The notes beneath the pieces were generated by a model, which saw only the letters and a program-made list of their open reading frames with translations, was not told the origin of the DNA and did no database searches. Both the position numbers and the translations under genes were made by a program. Shown piece by piece: positions 28,053 through 38,100 of a DNA stretch of 64,000 nucleotides. Position 1 is the stretch's first letter, and each line of letters begins with the position of its first letter. The DNA lies in the sequence record NC_071007.1. One strand, given 5' to 3'.

Positions 28053-30167
28053 TTATACAATATCAGATGGTTTTTCTTTACGCAATCTTATTCCAAAATC
28101 ACTCATTATGTTTTCAATTACTTGGATAGAATGGTTATCATTCTCTTCCCCTGGACGAACCAACTGTTGGATTAAGAATGGATTAGGAGCTCGCAGGATG
28201 CGTTTACAAGCTTTATCCAAGTTCTTAGGTCCATTAGCGAGTGAAAGTGCTCGAACAGCAGCAGCTCCCCCACGTTGGTTTACCAACAATCGACCTTCTG
28301 TTTCACCCACGTTACGGTTAAGGACGGCTCGATAAAATTCCCTAGCACGTTCGTGTTTACTTAGTGAAGTTGGAAGACCAAAGATGTTTAATTTAGGAAG
28401 TGATTGACAACTGATATCATCACCAAACTTATCAAGCATGATGTAATACAAAGAAGAAATAGGAATAGGATATCTGGTCCTTATTGTTTCTCCAAATTCA
28501 TTTTTATAAGTAACTGGTGTGGGTTTAATATTGGGATAGGCTTTTTCAAGTCGATCAGAAATTTTAATACCGATAACATCTCCGGATTGAGCACCTTTTA
28601 CAGAAAACTCATATTCATTTCGGGTAATCCAATCAATATGCTCAATTCGTTGATCAGCATTAAGACTATCCGCAAGAGCAGCAAAATCAGGGTTAACAGT
28701 ATCGTAAAACTTAAAAGCAATATCCCAAGCTTCTTGATAATTACCTGCTTCCTTGGCTGCTTTAATTTTTGGCCATAGATGAATATTAACAAAATTGATA
28801 TCTTGTTCAAGCAAGGAACTCAATATCTGACGTCTGAATGCCGGAGTGTTACCAACAATCATATCCGCCATGTTTCCATGATCATCCACTGGCGCCATTT
28901 CAGTAGGAAGAACTTTCATGATAACTGATTTGTTACCATCCATCCCTGTATTTTTAAACCGGACTTTACCTTCAACATCTTCTTTCAACCGGATAATAAT
29001 ACGCCAGTCTTTAAGCGGGATGTTATAAATTTTACGCTTAACTTTATGGAAACGACCGTTAGCTCCAGGGGTGTGATAATCCCTTGTCACGTTACCAAGA
29101 CAACGAATGATAAAATTTTCTAGGGCTTCGGTCACCGGGACGTTATTTGCATATTGATGATTTTTGCGACGATACCAACGTAGTACCTCATTATAAAAAC
29201 TGTTGTATGATTCCTCGATCTTTTCCAAAATAACAGTGTGGGGTTGTGTTGCTTTTTCCGCCCTTCTATTATTAGATTGGTTTTTATACCGTTCTGTTTG
29301 TACTTCAATGTCGGCAACAATACAACCAGGTGTTGAATAGAACAGTACGTCATAAACCGGGTCAGGTTTCATCAGTGCTTTCTTGCTCAAACCCGCTAAT
29401 GAAGCGTTGGGATCCTTTTTACGGAAACCCATAACAATTCCATCTGGTCTAACTGCTTCACCCGATAATGGGGTGGGTTGATGAAAATCCACAGTACCAT
29501 AAAGATTCAACGGAACCCATTCATCTTCATTCCATTGATGATCATGAGTCCTTTGGAAGGTAACAGCAATTTTCTTTGCGTAATGTTCAAATATAACAAC
29601 AGCATCTTCTTCGGTGTAAACATGAGACATTGTTGCTACGGCCGTTTCTATTCCAGGACACCACTCACCACTATCTGTAATTCGAGCAGATGTTCCAAAT
29701 ACCGTTCCTTTCTTAAACATTGCGTCTTCGCGCACGTTTCTAAGCAACTCTTGATCGTAACGATACTCAAAGCCCAAGTCCATGTTTTGAGCATTGAACT
29801 TGGTCATTTCGATCAAGTCATAATAACCAGTTTCCAATTGTTTAACGATAACATAAACGTTACCCCAGAGCATCGGCTCTGCACTATTTTGGATATCTTT
29901 GACAAAGAAAACACCTTCTACTCTGACATCAGAGTCCAATTCAATCTTTCTTGCTGTTTTTGCATATTCAATTTCTTCGCCAGAAGTGTAACGTCTTGGA
30001 GTACTATGGTGAATGACCGCTGCCTTACCCAGGTTTTTACCTAGCATGTAAAGCCGTGATGGAGAAACTAATACTCGACTTGCATTCATCCCTACAGCAA
30101 CACTTGCTGTTCGATTAGTGCATTGGTTAACAAAATTCGCTACCTTGTTAACTTTAACAACTTTCAT
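28053..30167 (-). CDS. Non-virion RNA polymerase beta subunit, C-terminal part (phiKZ gp71-73-like), uninterrupted
   Basis: EDAVVI, KVRFKNTGMDGNKSVI (cf. GDKxxGRHGNKG) and RNVGETEGR (cf. GQRxGEME). Confidence 0.88.
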   Translation of the reverse strand: MKVVKVNKVANFVNQCTNRTASVAVGMNASRVLVSPSRLYMLGKNLGKAAVIHHSTPRRYTSGEEIEYAKTARKIELDSDVRVEGVFFVKDIQNSAEPMLWGNVYVIVKQLETGYYDLIEMTKFNAQNMDLGFEYRYDQELLRNVREDAMFKKGTVFGTSARITDSGEWCPGIETAVATMSHVYTEEDAVVIFEHYAKKIAVTFQRTHDHQWNEDEWVPLNLYGTVDFHQPTPLSGEAVRPDGIVMGFRKKDPNASLAGLSKKALMKPDPVYDVLFYSTPGCIVADIEVQTERYKNQSNNRRAEKATQPHTVILEKIEESYNSFYNEVLRWYRRKNHQYANNVPVTEALENFIIRCLGNVTRDYHTPGANGRFHKVKRKIYNIPLKDWRIIIRLKEDVEGKVRFKNTGMDGNKSVIMKVLPTEMAPVDDHGNMADMIVGNTPAFRRQILSSLLEQDINFVNIHLWPKIKAAKEAGNYQEAWDIAFKFYDTVNPDFAALADSLNADQRIEHIDWITRNEYEFSVKGAQSGDVIGIKISDRLEKAYPNIKPTPVTYKNEFGETIRTRYPIPISSLYYIMLDKFGDDISCQSLPKLNIFGLPTSLSKHERAREFYRAVLNRNVGETEGRLLVNQRGGAAAVRALSLANGPKNLDKACKRILRAPNPFLIQQLVRPGEENDNHSIQVIENIMSDFGIRLRKEKPSDIV

Positions 30168-30188
30168 TTAACACCTCCCATTGTTATA

Positions 30189-30208
30189 CAAATAGATAAT
30201 ATCGGTTT
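30189..30208 (-). promoter_or_regulatory. Phage promoter motif upstream of nvRNAP beta-C
   Basis: Minus strand AAACC-GATATTAT-ctatt-TG. Confidence 0.65.
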
Positions 30209-30248
30209 GTATTTATATAAGGTCAGTAAAAAATTACGGAGAGACATA

Positions 30249-30584
30249 ATGCCTATTAATCTCAATTCTGGGAATGAATATTTTTATACCGAAGAATTTA
30301 AAACCACTATTAGATCTTGTAAAGAAATTATATTAGCACAAGCATCTTGGGCTGGGTTTGAATCTCCGGCTGTTAAACAAGCATATAAAGGAAATTTTCA
30401 TAAATTACTTAGGGCATTTGGAGGTGAGACTCCTATTGTTCCTGAAGATATGATTTGGGTAATTTCATATATTAATGGAATTGAAAATCCTGCGTCAGAT
30501 TTTGGTCATTTAGATGGATTATGGGTTGTTGACCGTTCTGTCATTACTAGCATTGTTCAAGTTAATCGTGTTGTTCGTGAATAA
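30249..30584 (+). CDS. Small conserved protein, possibly T4 gp53/LysM-like baseplate component
   Basis: Likely start ATG 30249 (SD ggag); IWVISYINGIENP resembles the gp53-family YWxILxxNxIxDP motif. Function uncertain. Confidence 0.4.
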   Translation: MPINLNSGNEYFYTEEFKTTIRSCKEIILAQASWAGFESPAVKQAYKGNFHKLLRAFGGETPIVPEDMIWVISYINGIENPASDFGHLDGLWVVDRSVITSIVQVNRVVRE

Positions 30585-30599
30585 AATTAAAAAAATAAT

Positions 30600-30630
30600 A
30601 GCGAGAGTAACCCATTGGGTTACTCTCGCT
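30600..30630. terminator. Bidirectional hairpin between convergent genes
   Basis: agcgagagtaaccca-t-tgggttactctcgct. Confidence 0.75.
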
Positions 30631-30641
30631 TACTTTGGTAT

Positions 30642-32135
30642 TTAGAAATTATTGATGTTAGTTATTCCACCAACTACATCAACAGGGTTGGTTTGGACTT
30701 CCCCCCAACCATTGTTTTGTGTTCCCCAACCATTGTTGTTATTTTGGTTAGCGGGAACCAACTGACGGCTATAGGGATCAACTACATAACCACTTGGAGC
30801 ACCTACTCCATAAAGAGGAGGGACACCAGGTGCCCCCATCCCACCTTGAGCCAACAGCAGAGCTGCTTGAACGCGGGGATCGATTATTCCCATTCCCAAG
30901 TTCATTCCAAGCGAATTAAGTGTGTTTTGTTGCATCATGGGATTAATGATATTTTCAGAAATCAGACCGCCGCCTTCTGAAATATTGGTTACACGCTCCA
31001 TTCCATTACTAGTTTGGTAACGATACTCAAAAATCCCGTTGGTTTCATTGTAAGTTACACCAATAAACTTTTCACCTGCACGGGGAGAAGGTTTAACTGG
31101 CAGAGCCGGTGTGGGTTTACTTTGAACCTGATACGGTTGTTGGGTTTGGTAATGTTGTTGGTCACTTTGTGTGTTCAGTACATTACCATAAACATTTGTA
31201 TTTACATTTTCTTCGGGGCCAGTATTGATGTTCTGGTTATTGTAATCCAAGGAAGGAATCAGACCTTTCAAACTACCCAAGTTATCCAGTTCTACACTCC
31301 ATTCTACATCAATACCATATTGACCAGCAGAATCAAATTCTTTACGGTGTTTACCAATAAGAGAATTCAATCCAGTTGCTACCATAACGTAAGAGTTAAG
31401 ATAAGCTGTCAATCTAGCGGCGTCCGGAGAAACAACAAATGCGGTGCAAGTATCTGGATCACTTGCGCTTGGGAAACAGATTTCCATCAAGTGAACCATC
31501 AGTTCCAACGCTTCCCGACTTACCGCAGAACTATTGAAGTTAAGACGATCGACTTGACTACCTTGATTTTTCAACAAGAACTTACACAGTTCATTGTAAT
31601 ACGGAAATACAGGTGTAGCAGTCCAGTAGATGTGACGATCATTTTCGTCTTTACCGCCTTTATGCATGTTGAAACTAATCAGTCGATTATCGATCCCGGC
31701 AGAATCCAAAGTGATTCCTACACCTTTAATCAATTGAATCAACTGTTGTTTAACTTCTTGGCTTGCATTTTTAAATGGTGCAAGGGTTGCGACCATTTTA
31801 TCAGAAAGTGTTTTACCAGTTTTCTTACCGGCAACTGCAAACAGAACTTGAGCAATTGGTTGCCAAGTACTATAAATTTTAGCACAGGTTAATTTGCGGA
31901 TTACCTTAAAGATTTCAGTTTCTTTGCTCATGATAGATTCACAAGCCGGATGGAAAAAGATTTTTCCAATGGTGACAGCAGACAGGTTTTCCGCAGTTGG
32001 CAAATAGACATTTTTATCGTCTACTTTAACTGGATGTTCCGCACCACCCATTGAAAGCATCAAGGCGTATTCTGGGGTGAATGTAACGTTCCAAGACAAC
32101 AACATGGCTTCGTAAAGCTTATTAAGAGCGTTCAT
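30642..32135 (-). CDS. Conserved nucleus-block protein with low-complexity C-terminus (phiKZ gp70-like)
   Basis: 497 aa, directly downstream of the probable PicA; Q/N/G/P-rich tail. Confidence 0.55.
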   Translation of the reverse strand: MNALNKLYEAMLLSWNVTFTPEYALMLSMGGAEHPVKVDDKNVYLPTAENLSAVTIGKIFFHPACESIMSKETEIFKVIRKLTCAKIYSTWQPIAQVLFAVAGKKTGKTLSDKMVATLAPFKNASQEVKQQLIQLIKGVGITLDSAGIDNRLISFNMHKGGKDENDRHIYWTATPVFPYYNELCKFLLKNQGSQVDRLNFNSSAVSREALELMVHLMEICFPSASDPDTCTAFVVSPDAARLTAYLNSYVMVATGLNSLIGKHRKEFDSAGQYGIDVEWSVELDNLGSLKGLIPSLDYNNQNINTGPEENVNTNVYGNVLNTQSDQQHYQTQQPYQVQSKPTPALPVKPSPRAGEKFIGVTYNETNGIFEYRYQTSNGMERVTNISEGGGLISENIINPMMQQNTLNSLGMNLGMGIIDPRVQAALLLAQGGMGAPGVPPLYGVGAPSGYVVDPYSRQLVPANQNNNNGWGTQNNGWGEVQTNPVDVVGGITNINNF

Positions 32136-32156
32136 TAGTCAAAAGTCCTTTATAAA

Positions 32157-33689
32157 TTAGAGAGAGAAGTATTCACGGATATTGTTAAGGAAATTCAAAC
32201 CCATTGCGGAAGATGCTTCAGAAGTACCAAGTACGTTACTAGCATTATTGATCGCAAAGGTTGGGAAGGAATATGTTTTCATTCCTTCAATACTTCCGGT
32301 GTTATCCATGGAGAAACCTGAACTAATATTATTTTCATTTACCAATGTCATGTTGATCTGAACAGTACCAAACAACTCGGCAGTGACTTCAAATCGAATT
32401 GGAGTGCAAGCATGAATTGCTTCACCACGAAGTCGTGCAAAAATCTGGTTGGAAAGATCTTGACAGAAGTTTTCAACTTTAGGGCCCAGGTTCCAGTCAT
32501 CATTAGACATTGAAACACCACCCCACGGAAGAAGCACTACATTTCCAAAATCATCTTGACCAAAGTTATCACAGTTTGACCCTCGGAATGAAACCCCCAC
32601 CAATCCATGACGAATCAGTAGATCACAAACGTTAAACATGATCTGATGAACAACAATTTCCTGAATGGTTGCAGTACCCATGGTCTCCGCTGTTTGAGTA
32701 AAGTCCATTGGAACAAACATGGTACTATCAAACAAATCCAGATCAACAATTTCTTCGAAGTTTTCATACATATAAATAATATCCCCGATAGAATATCCGG
32801 AGAAGTTATTCATACGAACTTGACCAAGAGAGCCGTTCATGTCATTAAAGAAATGATCGCGGAGCAGACCAGGTTCACGTTGACTGGTATTATGGGCAAG
32901 CATTGACAATTCCCCATCGACACCTTCTCCCAGACTGATTTCACTTGGTGATCCACTTCCACTCCCTTGATAGTTACGAATACGGAATTGGTAATCCGTA
33001 CCGACATTCAACATCTCAGCAGCATATTGGGAAGGGTTCATATTAGAACGACGAGAAGTTACAACACCCAATCGACTAATATCAGCAGAAGCAGCAGTCA
33101 TTGTTGGAACAACACCACTAAGACCTTCTTCTTCCATTTGACGAATGATATCGGCCTTATTATTTTCGTTCAGACCCAACTGAATAATATCAGTTGGTCG
33201 AAGTGCAACCAGTTTGCTGTCGTTAGATCCGTCATTCAACAAGTAATCAGTACGTTCACCAATTGTCCTACGAGTAGATACTGGGTTTGCAATATCACCA
33301 CTGCCAACCATTGCTTCTTCAGTTTTCCAAGAAAATTGAGGAACAAATTTAGCATTGGTAGAAAGACCTTGAGCATCGTTATTGACAATGTAACCAATGA
33401 CATGCATATATATAACATGGACGTTACTTTGTTCAACAATAAAATCCAGTTTCATCAAACCTTTACTGTCATTCCACCCCCCAGCAATAGTAGCAAAATC
33501 AGATGCTTGGGCGTTAAGACAACCCGACATTGCTGCGGCATTTAGAATACTTGCTTTGGAAACACCACCACTCAGGTTTTCTGAAATGAGTTTATCAACA
33601 ACTTGATTAGACATATCAACTTGTTGTTGACGAATAACTTGGTTTACGTAATAGTTGGTCAAACCTACTTTTGCGGCGATCAATTGCAT
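32157..33689 (-). CDS. picA: Probable phage-nucleus protein import factor PicA/Imp1 (phiKZ gp69-like)
   Basis: 510 aa; position between the sigma-like nvRNAP subunit and the gp70-like gene matches the conserved gp67-68-69-70-71 order. Mostly synteny. Confidence 0.6.
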   Translation of the reverse strand: MQLIAAKVGLTNYYVNQVIRQQQVDMSNQVVDKLISENLSGGVSKASILNAAAMSGCLNAQASDFATIAGGWNDSKGLMKLDFIVEQSNVHVIYMHVIGYIVNNDAQGLSTNAKFVPQFSWKTEEAMVGSGDIANPVSTRRTIGERTDYLLNDGSNDSKLVALRPTDIIQLGLNENNKADIIRQMEEEGLSGVVPTMTAASADISRLGVVTSRRSNMNPSQYAAEMLNVGTDYQFRIRNYQGSGSGSPSEISLGEGVDGELSMLAHNTSQREPGLLRDHFFNDMNGSLGQVRMNNFSGYSIGDIIYMYENFEEIVDLDLFDSTMFVPMDFTQTAETMGTATIQEIVVHQIMFNVCDLLIRHGLVGVSFRGSNCDNFGQDDFGNVVLLPWGGVSMSNDDWNLGPKVENFCQDLSNQIFARLRGEAIHACTPIRFEVTAELFGTVQINMTLVNENNISSGFSMDNTGSIEGMKTYSFPTFAINNASNVLGTSEASSAMGLNFLNNIREYFSL

Positions 33690-33694
33690 TTTTA

Positions 33695-35287
33695 TTATTC
33701 CTCTACGATTTCATTTACTTGTTTAATGAAGGCAACCAGTTCCTGTTTTATTTCAGGAACTAAATCAATAGGATACATATCACCTTGTCCAATAGCATCA
33801 ATAAAAACTTGATTACCTAATAGGCCAGGTTCAATGTTGGATTCCCAACTGGATGATGCTAATTCATCCAAAAAGTTTTGAGTTCCAATAACCATAAAGT
33901 TATCAGTGGTTGCTGTATTTTGACCACTATAAATATATGACAAATTACACAACTCTTCACGTTCTTTTGTGTTAAGTTTAAATTCATCATTAATAAAAGT
34001 CATCGCACCATTTTTATTTCTAACGGCGCAAATAACAGTTGCAAGATGTTCATAACCCATTTCAAACAACTTTACTTGCGCAAGACAAATAGCGGCAAGC
34101 AATTGTCGATAATCCATTGCTGGATAAAGGTAATAGTTTACGTCTTCTGCAAATGTCAACTGAAGCAGCTGATATTGAATATTGGTAAAACGGAAATTCC
34201 AAACCGCGGGTAGATTGTTATAAAGCTTTTCTGCCAATGCTTGATTCTTAATTCCTAAACCAATAGCTTGGTGTTTAAAGAAATCATGATAAATTGGGTT
34301 GTCATTTTCATCAAACATTCCAAATGAAAAATATTCGCACAGCGCCAATTCATCTGTACCATTAACTGCTTGAGCAATACGATAACTTTCTGGAATGGAT
34401 TGATCTTCCGATCCTTTTCTTGTTTCAGAAAAGGTGGAAAATTTAAATGACTGATCTTTTCTTTCTTCTCCCGCTACCAAACTGTTTAGTTCTTTGCTTA
34501 AGTTTTTATCCTTAACTTTACTTGGTATAAAGGATAAACACAATTTATTAAACAGACCTTTTGATACAATATGATCGATGTATTTTGCATCAGATACTAC
34601 AGTTGCTGTGTTGCGTTTTCCCTCTTGGCGAGCGGCGCTGGCACGGATATATGTATCCATTATTTTCCATCCAGCCATATCCGGAATATATCCGATATTA
34701 GGTATCATATTTCCGGCGACCGCATACTGATAATCTTTACCAGTTACTTCATTGATTTGATCCAGAAGTTGATGGACAAGTGGATAAGACAACTGCGCTG
34801 TAAATGCAAGTTTTACCAACTCCGCATATTTGATATTATCAATGGTTGTTTCTTCAGGGTAATCACCCATTGACGCCATTTGCATGAGATCTTTGGGAGC
34901 GACACATCGACCAGTTACGTCAGCAGCATAAGCAATGTCATTAGGAGAGATAATTGCGTACATCTCCTTAATAATAGCTTGTAGCTTTTCTGTCAGGAAC
35001 TCGTAATCCAGGCTTTTAGCACGGAGCTGGATAAGTTCTTCAGTTTCTTCTTCTTCAAAGTAACCAGGCTCTAAAATTCGTTTACCTTGTTTAAACAGAT
35101 TAAAAATTTTATCAATGTTATTTGGATCAGAGCCTTCAAAGAACTCGTTAAGAAATTCAAAGAGTTCTTGAGTGGCGTCACCTCCATTGACAGTCGCAAC
35201 ACCTCTGAATTCTATTTTTTCATTATTGTGGGAAACAATGATACTATCAATTCTTCGTTTTCCACTCATTGTGATGTCGTAACGCAT
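33695..35287 (-). CDS. Non-virion RNAP sigma-like specificity subunit (phiKZ gp68-like)
   Basis: About 530 aa; likely start ATG 35287 (SD ggagag); synteny with ChmC and PicA. Confidence 0.6.
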   Translation of the reverse strand: MRYDITMSGKRRIDSIIVSHNNEKIEFRGVATVNGGDATQELFEFLNEFFEGSDPNNIDKIFNLFKQGKRILEPGYFEEEETEELIQLRAKSLDYEFLTEKLQAIIKEMYAIISPNDIAYAADVTGRCVAPKDLMQMASMGDYPEETTIDNIKYAELVKLAFTAQLSYPLVHQLLDQINEVTGKDYQYAVAGNMIPNIGYIPDMAGWKIMDTYIRASAARQEGKRNTATVVSDAKYIDHIVSKGLFNKLCLSFIPSKVKDKNLSKELNSLVAGEERKDQSFKFSTFSETRKGSEDQSIPESYRIAQAVNGTDELALCEYFSFGMFDENDNPIYHDFFKHQAIGLGIKNQALAEKLYNNLPAVWNFRFTNIQYQLLQLTFAEDVNYYLYPAMDYRQLLAAICLAQVKLFEMGYEHLATVICAVRNKNGAMTFINDEFKLNTKEREELCNLSYIYSGQNTATTDNFMVIGTQNFLDELASSSWESNIEPGLLGNQVFIDAIGQGDMYPIDLVPEIKQELVAFIKQVNEIVEE

Positions 35288-35308
35288 TAAAGACTCTCCA
35301 TTGTTAAA

Positions 35309-35323
35309 CATGATAATAATATC
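35309..35323 (-). promoter_or_regulatory. Phage promoter motif upstream of the gp68-like gene
   Basis: Minus strand GATATTAT-tatca-TG. Confidence 0.6.
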
Positions 35324-35358
35324 TGCTTAAAAACTTATAGAAGAACAAAAATAAAATA

Positions 35359-35384
35359 ATCCAAGGGACCTATGTCCCTTGGAT
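35359..35384 (-). terminator. Hairpin terminator
   Basis: atccaagggac-ctat-gtcccttggat, with an A tract to its left. Confidence 0.7.
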
Positions 35385-35399
35385 ATTATTTATGGAATA

Positions 35400-36107
35400 T
35401 TAAAATTCAATGTCATCAAAATCACTGGTGTTACTTGGTGCAGAGTTTCCGCCACCACGGTTATTATTACCGTTATTGTTATTTCCACCACTATCTTTCT
35501 TTTCACGAGGTTTGTAATTTTCAATCTCGTATTTATCAAGAATCTTACTGGAGAATTCAATAAATGCTTTACAATAAACCCGTGACATCAAACCTTTATC
35601 TTCTTGCGGTTCACCGTCTTTTTGAACCAAGATCATAGATTCGAATGGGGAAGTAAAGTGGAACATGACTTTATATGTCCCTTTACTGTAACCAACAGAA
35701 ATTTTTCCTTCTGGACTACGAACAACAGTAAAAATACCCAGAGTAGAAGGATGGTCATTTAGACGGCCACCGGCACCAAATACTGTTTGTTTTACATGGT
35801 ATTGGGCTTTAGTAAAATCTTTATTATCACAAGCTTCACGCATCAAATTAAAAAGTGAATTCCGATCCATGGCACTTAGCGGAACTTCTTTTAGTTTTGC
35901 GTTTCGATCATCTTTACCGTAAATCCCATCATTAACTTTAAAATAGATTTTACCATCAAGTCCCAACTCATAGGTCCAACGTGCTGGGTATTTGGCACCA
36001 TCAACTGGTTGATCGGAAGTTGGCATTGGATAACGATAGTCATTCAGCATGGAACCAGGGCGGCGTTGAAATTGCTGGTTGCCATTGTTATTGTAGTTAC
36101 TGGACAT
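35400..36107 (-). CDS. chmC: Probable ChmC-like single-stranded nucleic-acid-binding protein (phiKZ gp67-like)
   Basis: 235 aa; disordered N/G-rich termini and an SSB-like acidic-aromatic tail DFDDIEF; immediately upstream of the gp68-like gene. Confidence 0.6.
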   Translation of the reverse strand: MSSNYNNNGNQQFQRRPGSMLNDYRYPMPTSDQPVDGAKYPARWTYELGLDGKIYFKVNDGIYGKDDRNAKLKEVPLSAMDRNSLFNLMREACDNKDFTKAQYHVKQTVFGAGGRLNDHPSTLGIFTVVRSPEGKISVGYSKGTYKVMFHFTSPFESMILVQKDGEPQEDKGLMSRVYCKAFIEFSSKILDKYEIENYKPREKKDSGGNNNNGNNNRGGGNSAPSNTSDFDDIEF

Positions 36108-36119
36108 GGTTATAATTCC

Positions 36120-36935
36120 TTATATCATTTTTAACAAAATAGGTTTAGCGGGATTAGTGTTAGGAAGTTTATTAATCGAATTTCTAACAAAACTAACAGT
36201 AGAACCAGTACTCCAAGGAACACTTGTTGCAAGCTGTTTAATTTCATTTTTAATGTTCATTGGTTGCGCATAAAAATGGTTAGCCCTGTCCCCGAATACT
36301 TGTATCGTCAATTTATTTAACGGAACATTTGGAAGTTCGCTTGCACCTGTTAGTTTTGTACTAAATAATGGAAAGTTTTTGATTGTCCCCGTATAAGATT
36401 CCAATAGATGTAATCTAGCGTAACTTTCTGTTGTTACTAAATCTACTGGTAAATGGGTTAATATTAACCCATCACCACCGAATTGTGGAATAGAACAATC
36501 TACTTGGTTTATGTATTTGTCAAACTCCTTCAAAATTCTTTTTATTACACCGTTATCTAAAAGAATCTGTTCTCGTCTATTTTGTTCTTTAGGACCTGTT
36601 AATTTCTTAGGATCCATTTCCTTTAATTTAGCAAAAGGAAAAAGACGAGGAAGAGATTGATAACTTGGATAATAAAATTTTAAATCTAGAATTGTCTTCA
36701 GTTTTAAAGAATTAATGTATTCGGCTATCCCGACCATGTCTTCTTTTACTGATTCAAACAATGAATCTTCATTTGGAAGCTCCTCAAAGCTCTCTCGCGC
36801 ATTTCTAATAATAGTCCTAATGTTGATAAGGAAAGATTGGAAACGATACATAGGAGTGTTTTGGAAAGCTTCTACAGCTAATGCAGTACCGACACTAATC
36901 GGTACTGTACCTAATGTTCTAATTGGACTAGTCAT
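36120..36935 (-). CDS. Conserved chimallivirus protein (phiKZ gp66-like)
   Basis: 271 aa; overlaps the SbcD stop; synteny. Confidence 0.5.
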   Translation of the reverse strand: MTSPIRTLGTVPISVGTALAVEAFQNTPMYRFQSFLINIRTIIRNARESFEELPNEDSLFESVKEDMVGIAEYINSLKLKTILDLKFYYPSYQSLPRLFPFAKLKEMDPKKLTGPKEQNRREQILLDNGVIKRILKEFDKYINQVDCSIPQFGGDGLILTHLPVDLVTTESYARLHLLESYTGTIKNFPLFSTKLTGASELPNVPLNKLTIQVFGDRANHFYAQPMNIKNEIKQLATSVPWSTGSTVSFVRNSINKLPNTNPAKPILLKMI

Positions 36936-38085
36936 TCATTGCCTCATCCAATAATTCATCTAAAAGATCTTTATCAAAAACTTCAAATAGTTTATCATTC
37001 CCATTTTGTTTTTGAATAAACCGATAAAGATTATCTTTTAAATTTTCTTTTGTTAGTTGTACACCAGCATATTCATCGGGATCGTATAGAGTTTCATCAA
37101 TGTTGATGTTTTCTTTCTTTACGTTGTCAGAATCAAATACATAATCAGGGTATTGTTCTTTATATTCATTTAACAAAGGTACAACAACTGACCCGTCTCC
37201 ATTTCTAACTTTAATATGTGTTCTTGCTGGCGGGTTCTTCTCAAGATATTTATTGAGAATTTTAATTAATTCTTTTGTGCTTGTTTCTGGGTTAACATCA
37301 ATGTAGTCATAAATTTGAGCATCTTTGTTATTCCAGAATTTGGCAAAAAATGTCTCTTTATCAAAACTAAATTGATACGCACCCTTTGGATGCATTTCAC
37401 CGTAAGCAATTCGGTTAAATGATCCAGAACAATAAATATTAAGGTGCTGGGCAGGTTTATGAATGTGACCTGAGAAGATAGCGTGTTTTGCTAACTTAGA
37501 CCATTTTAATTCATCATACAGTGTCCCATGTTTATCTGCAATAGGGGGAAGTTGAAATTTAAATCCCCCGTGCAGAAATATAAAATCAACTTGGGTTAAA
37601 TTGTGTTTAGCTAATTCAACTAAAGCTAATTCATAAATAGTTTCTGTATTTACTTTACCAAAATTATCAGGGACGTAAAGTACATTAATATCCAAATCAG
37701 GAAAATATTCAATACACAATGTATTGATGTACTTAATATATGGCGAACCCTTAGGTTTACTGATCTCTAATAATTCTGGTTGTTTCCAATCGTGAGAAGA
37801 TGTTCCTTCCAAATACCTAACATGTGTTTTATTTTCATGACAAATGTGATTATATTTTTTAAACCACCTTTGTACCAAAATCATATTTGGATCACTTGCT
37901 GTAGCAAGATCATGAAAAACATCGCCCCCAAAAATAGATAATTTTATTTCTTTTGGGTTATTATCTTTATAATAAAATTTATCCATACAACTTAATGTAT
38001 GACGCGTAGAAGTATGCGGATGGAGGTTATGATGATCCGAACTCCATAGTGCTTTAACCATTGACATAGTTCGTTTCTCCGCCAT
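36928..38085 (-). CDS. sbcD: SbcD/Mre11-like metallophosphoesterase nuclease
   Basis: Motifs SSDHH, GGDVFH, LEGTSSHD, FLHG, SGHIH. Confidence 0.85.
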   Translation of the reverse strand: MAEKRTMSMVKALWSSDHHNLHPHTSTRHTLSCMDKFYYKDNNPKEIKLSIFGGDVFHDLATASDPNMILVQRWFKKYNHICHENKTHVRYLEGTSSHDWKQPELLEISKPKGSPYIKYINTLCIEYFPDLDINVLYVPDNFGKVNTETIYELALVELAKHNLTQVDFIFLHGGFKFQLPPIADKHGTLYDELKWSKLAKHAIFSGHIHKPAQHLNIYCSGSFNRIAYGEMHPKGAYQFSFDKETFFAKFWNNKDAQIYDYIDVNPETSTKELIKILNKYLEKNPPARTHIKVRNGDGSVVVPLLNEYKEQYPDYVFDSDNVKKENINIDETLYDPDEYAGVQLTKENLKDNLYRFIQKQNGNDKLFEVFDKDLLDELLDEAMND

Positions 38086-38100
38086 CCGCTGATATCAAAA

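Noticed and set aside
28053-30167. Intron or HNH in nvRNAP beta-C, as in phiKZ gp71-73
   Set aside because: The ORF is continuous for 704 aa with all motifs; no insertion seen.
29478-33545. Long + strand shadow ORFs (29478..30044, 31014..31892, 32967..33545), and similarly 1876..2540, 15381..15866, 54415..55050
   Set aside because: Fully antisense to better-supported genes, with no SD or motifs.
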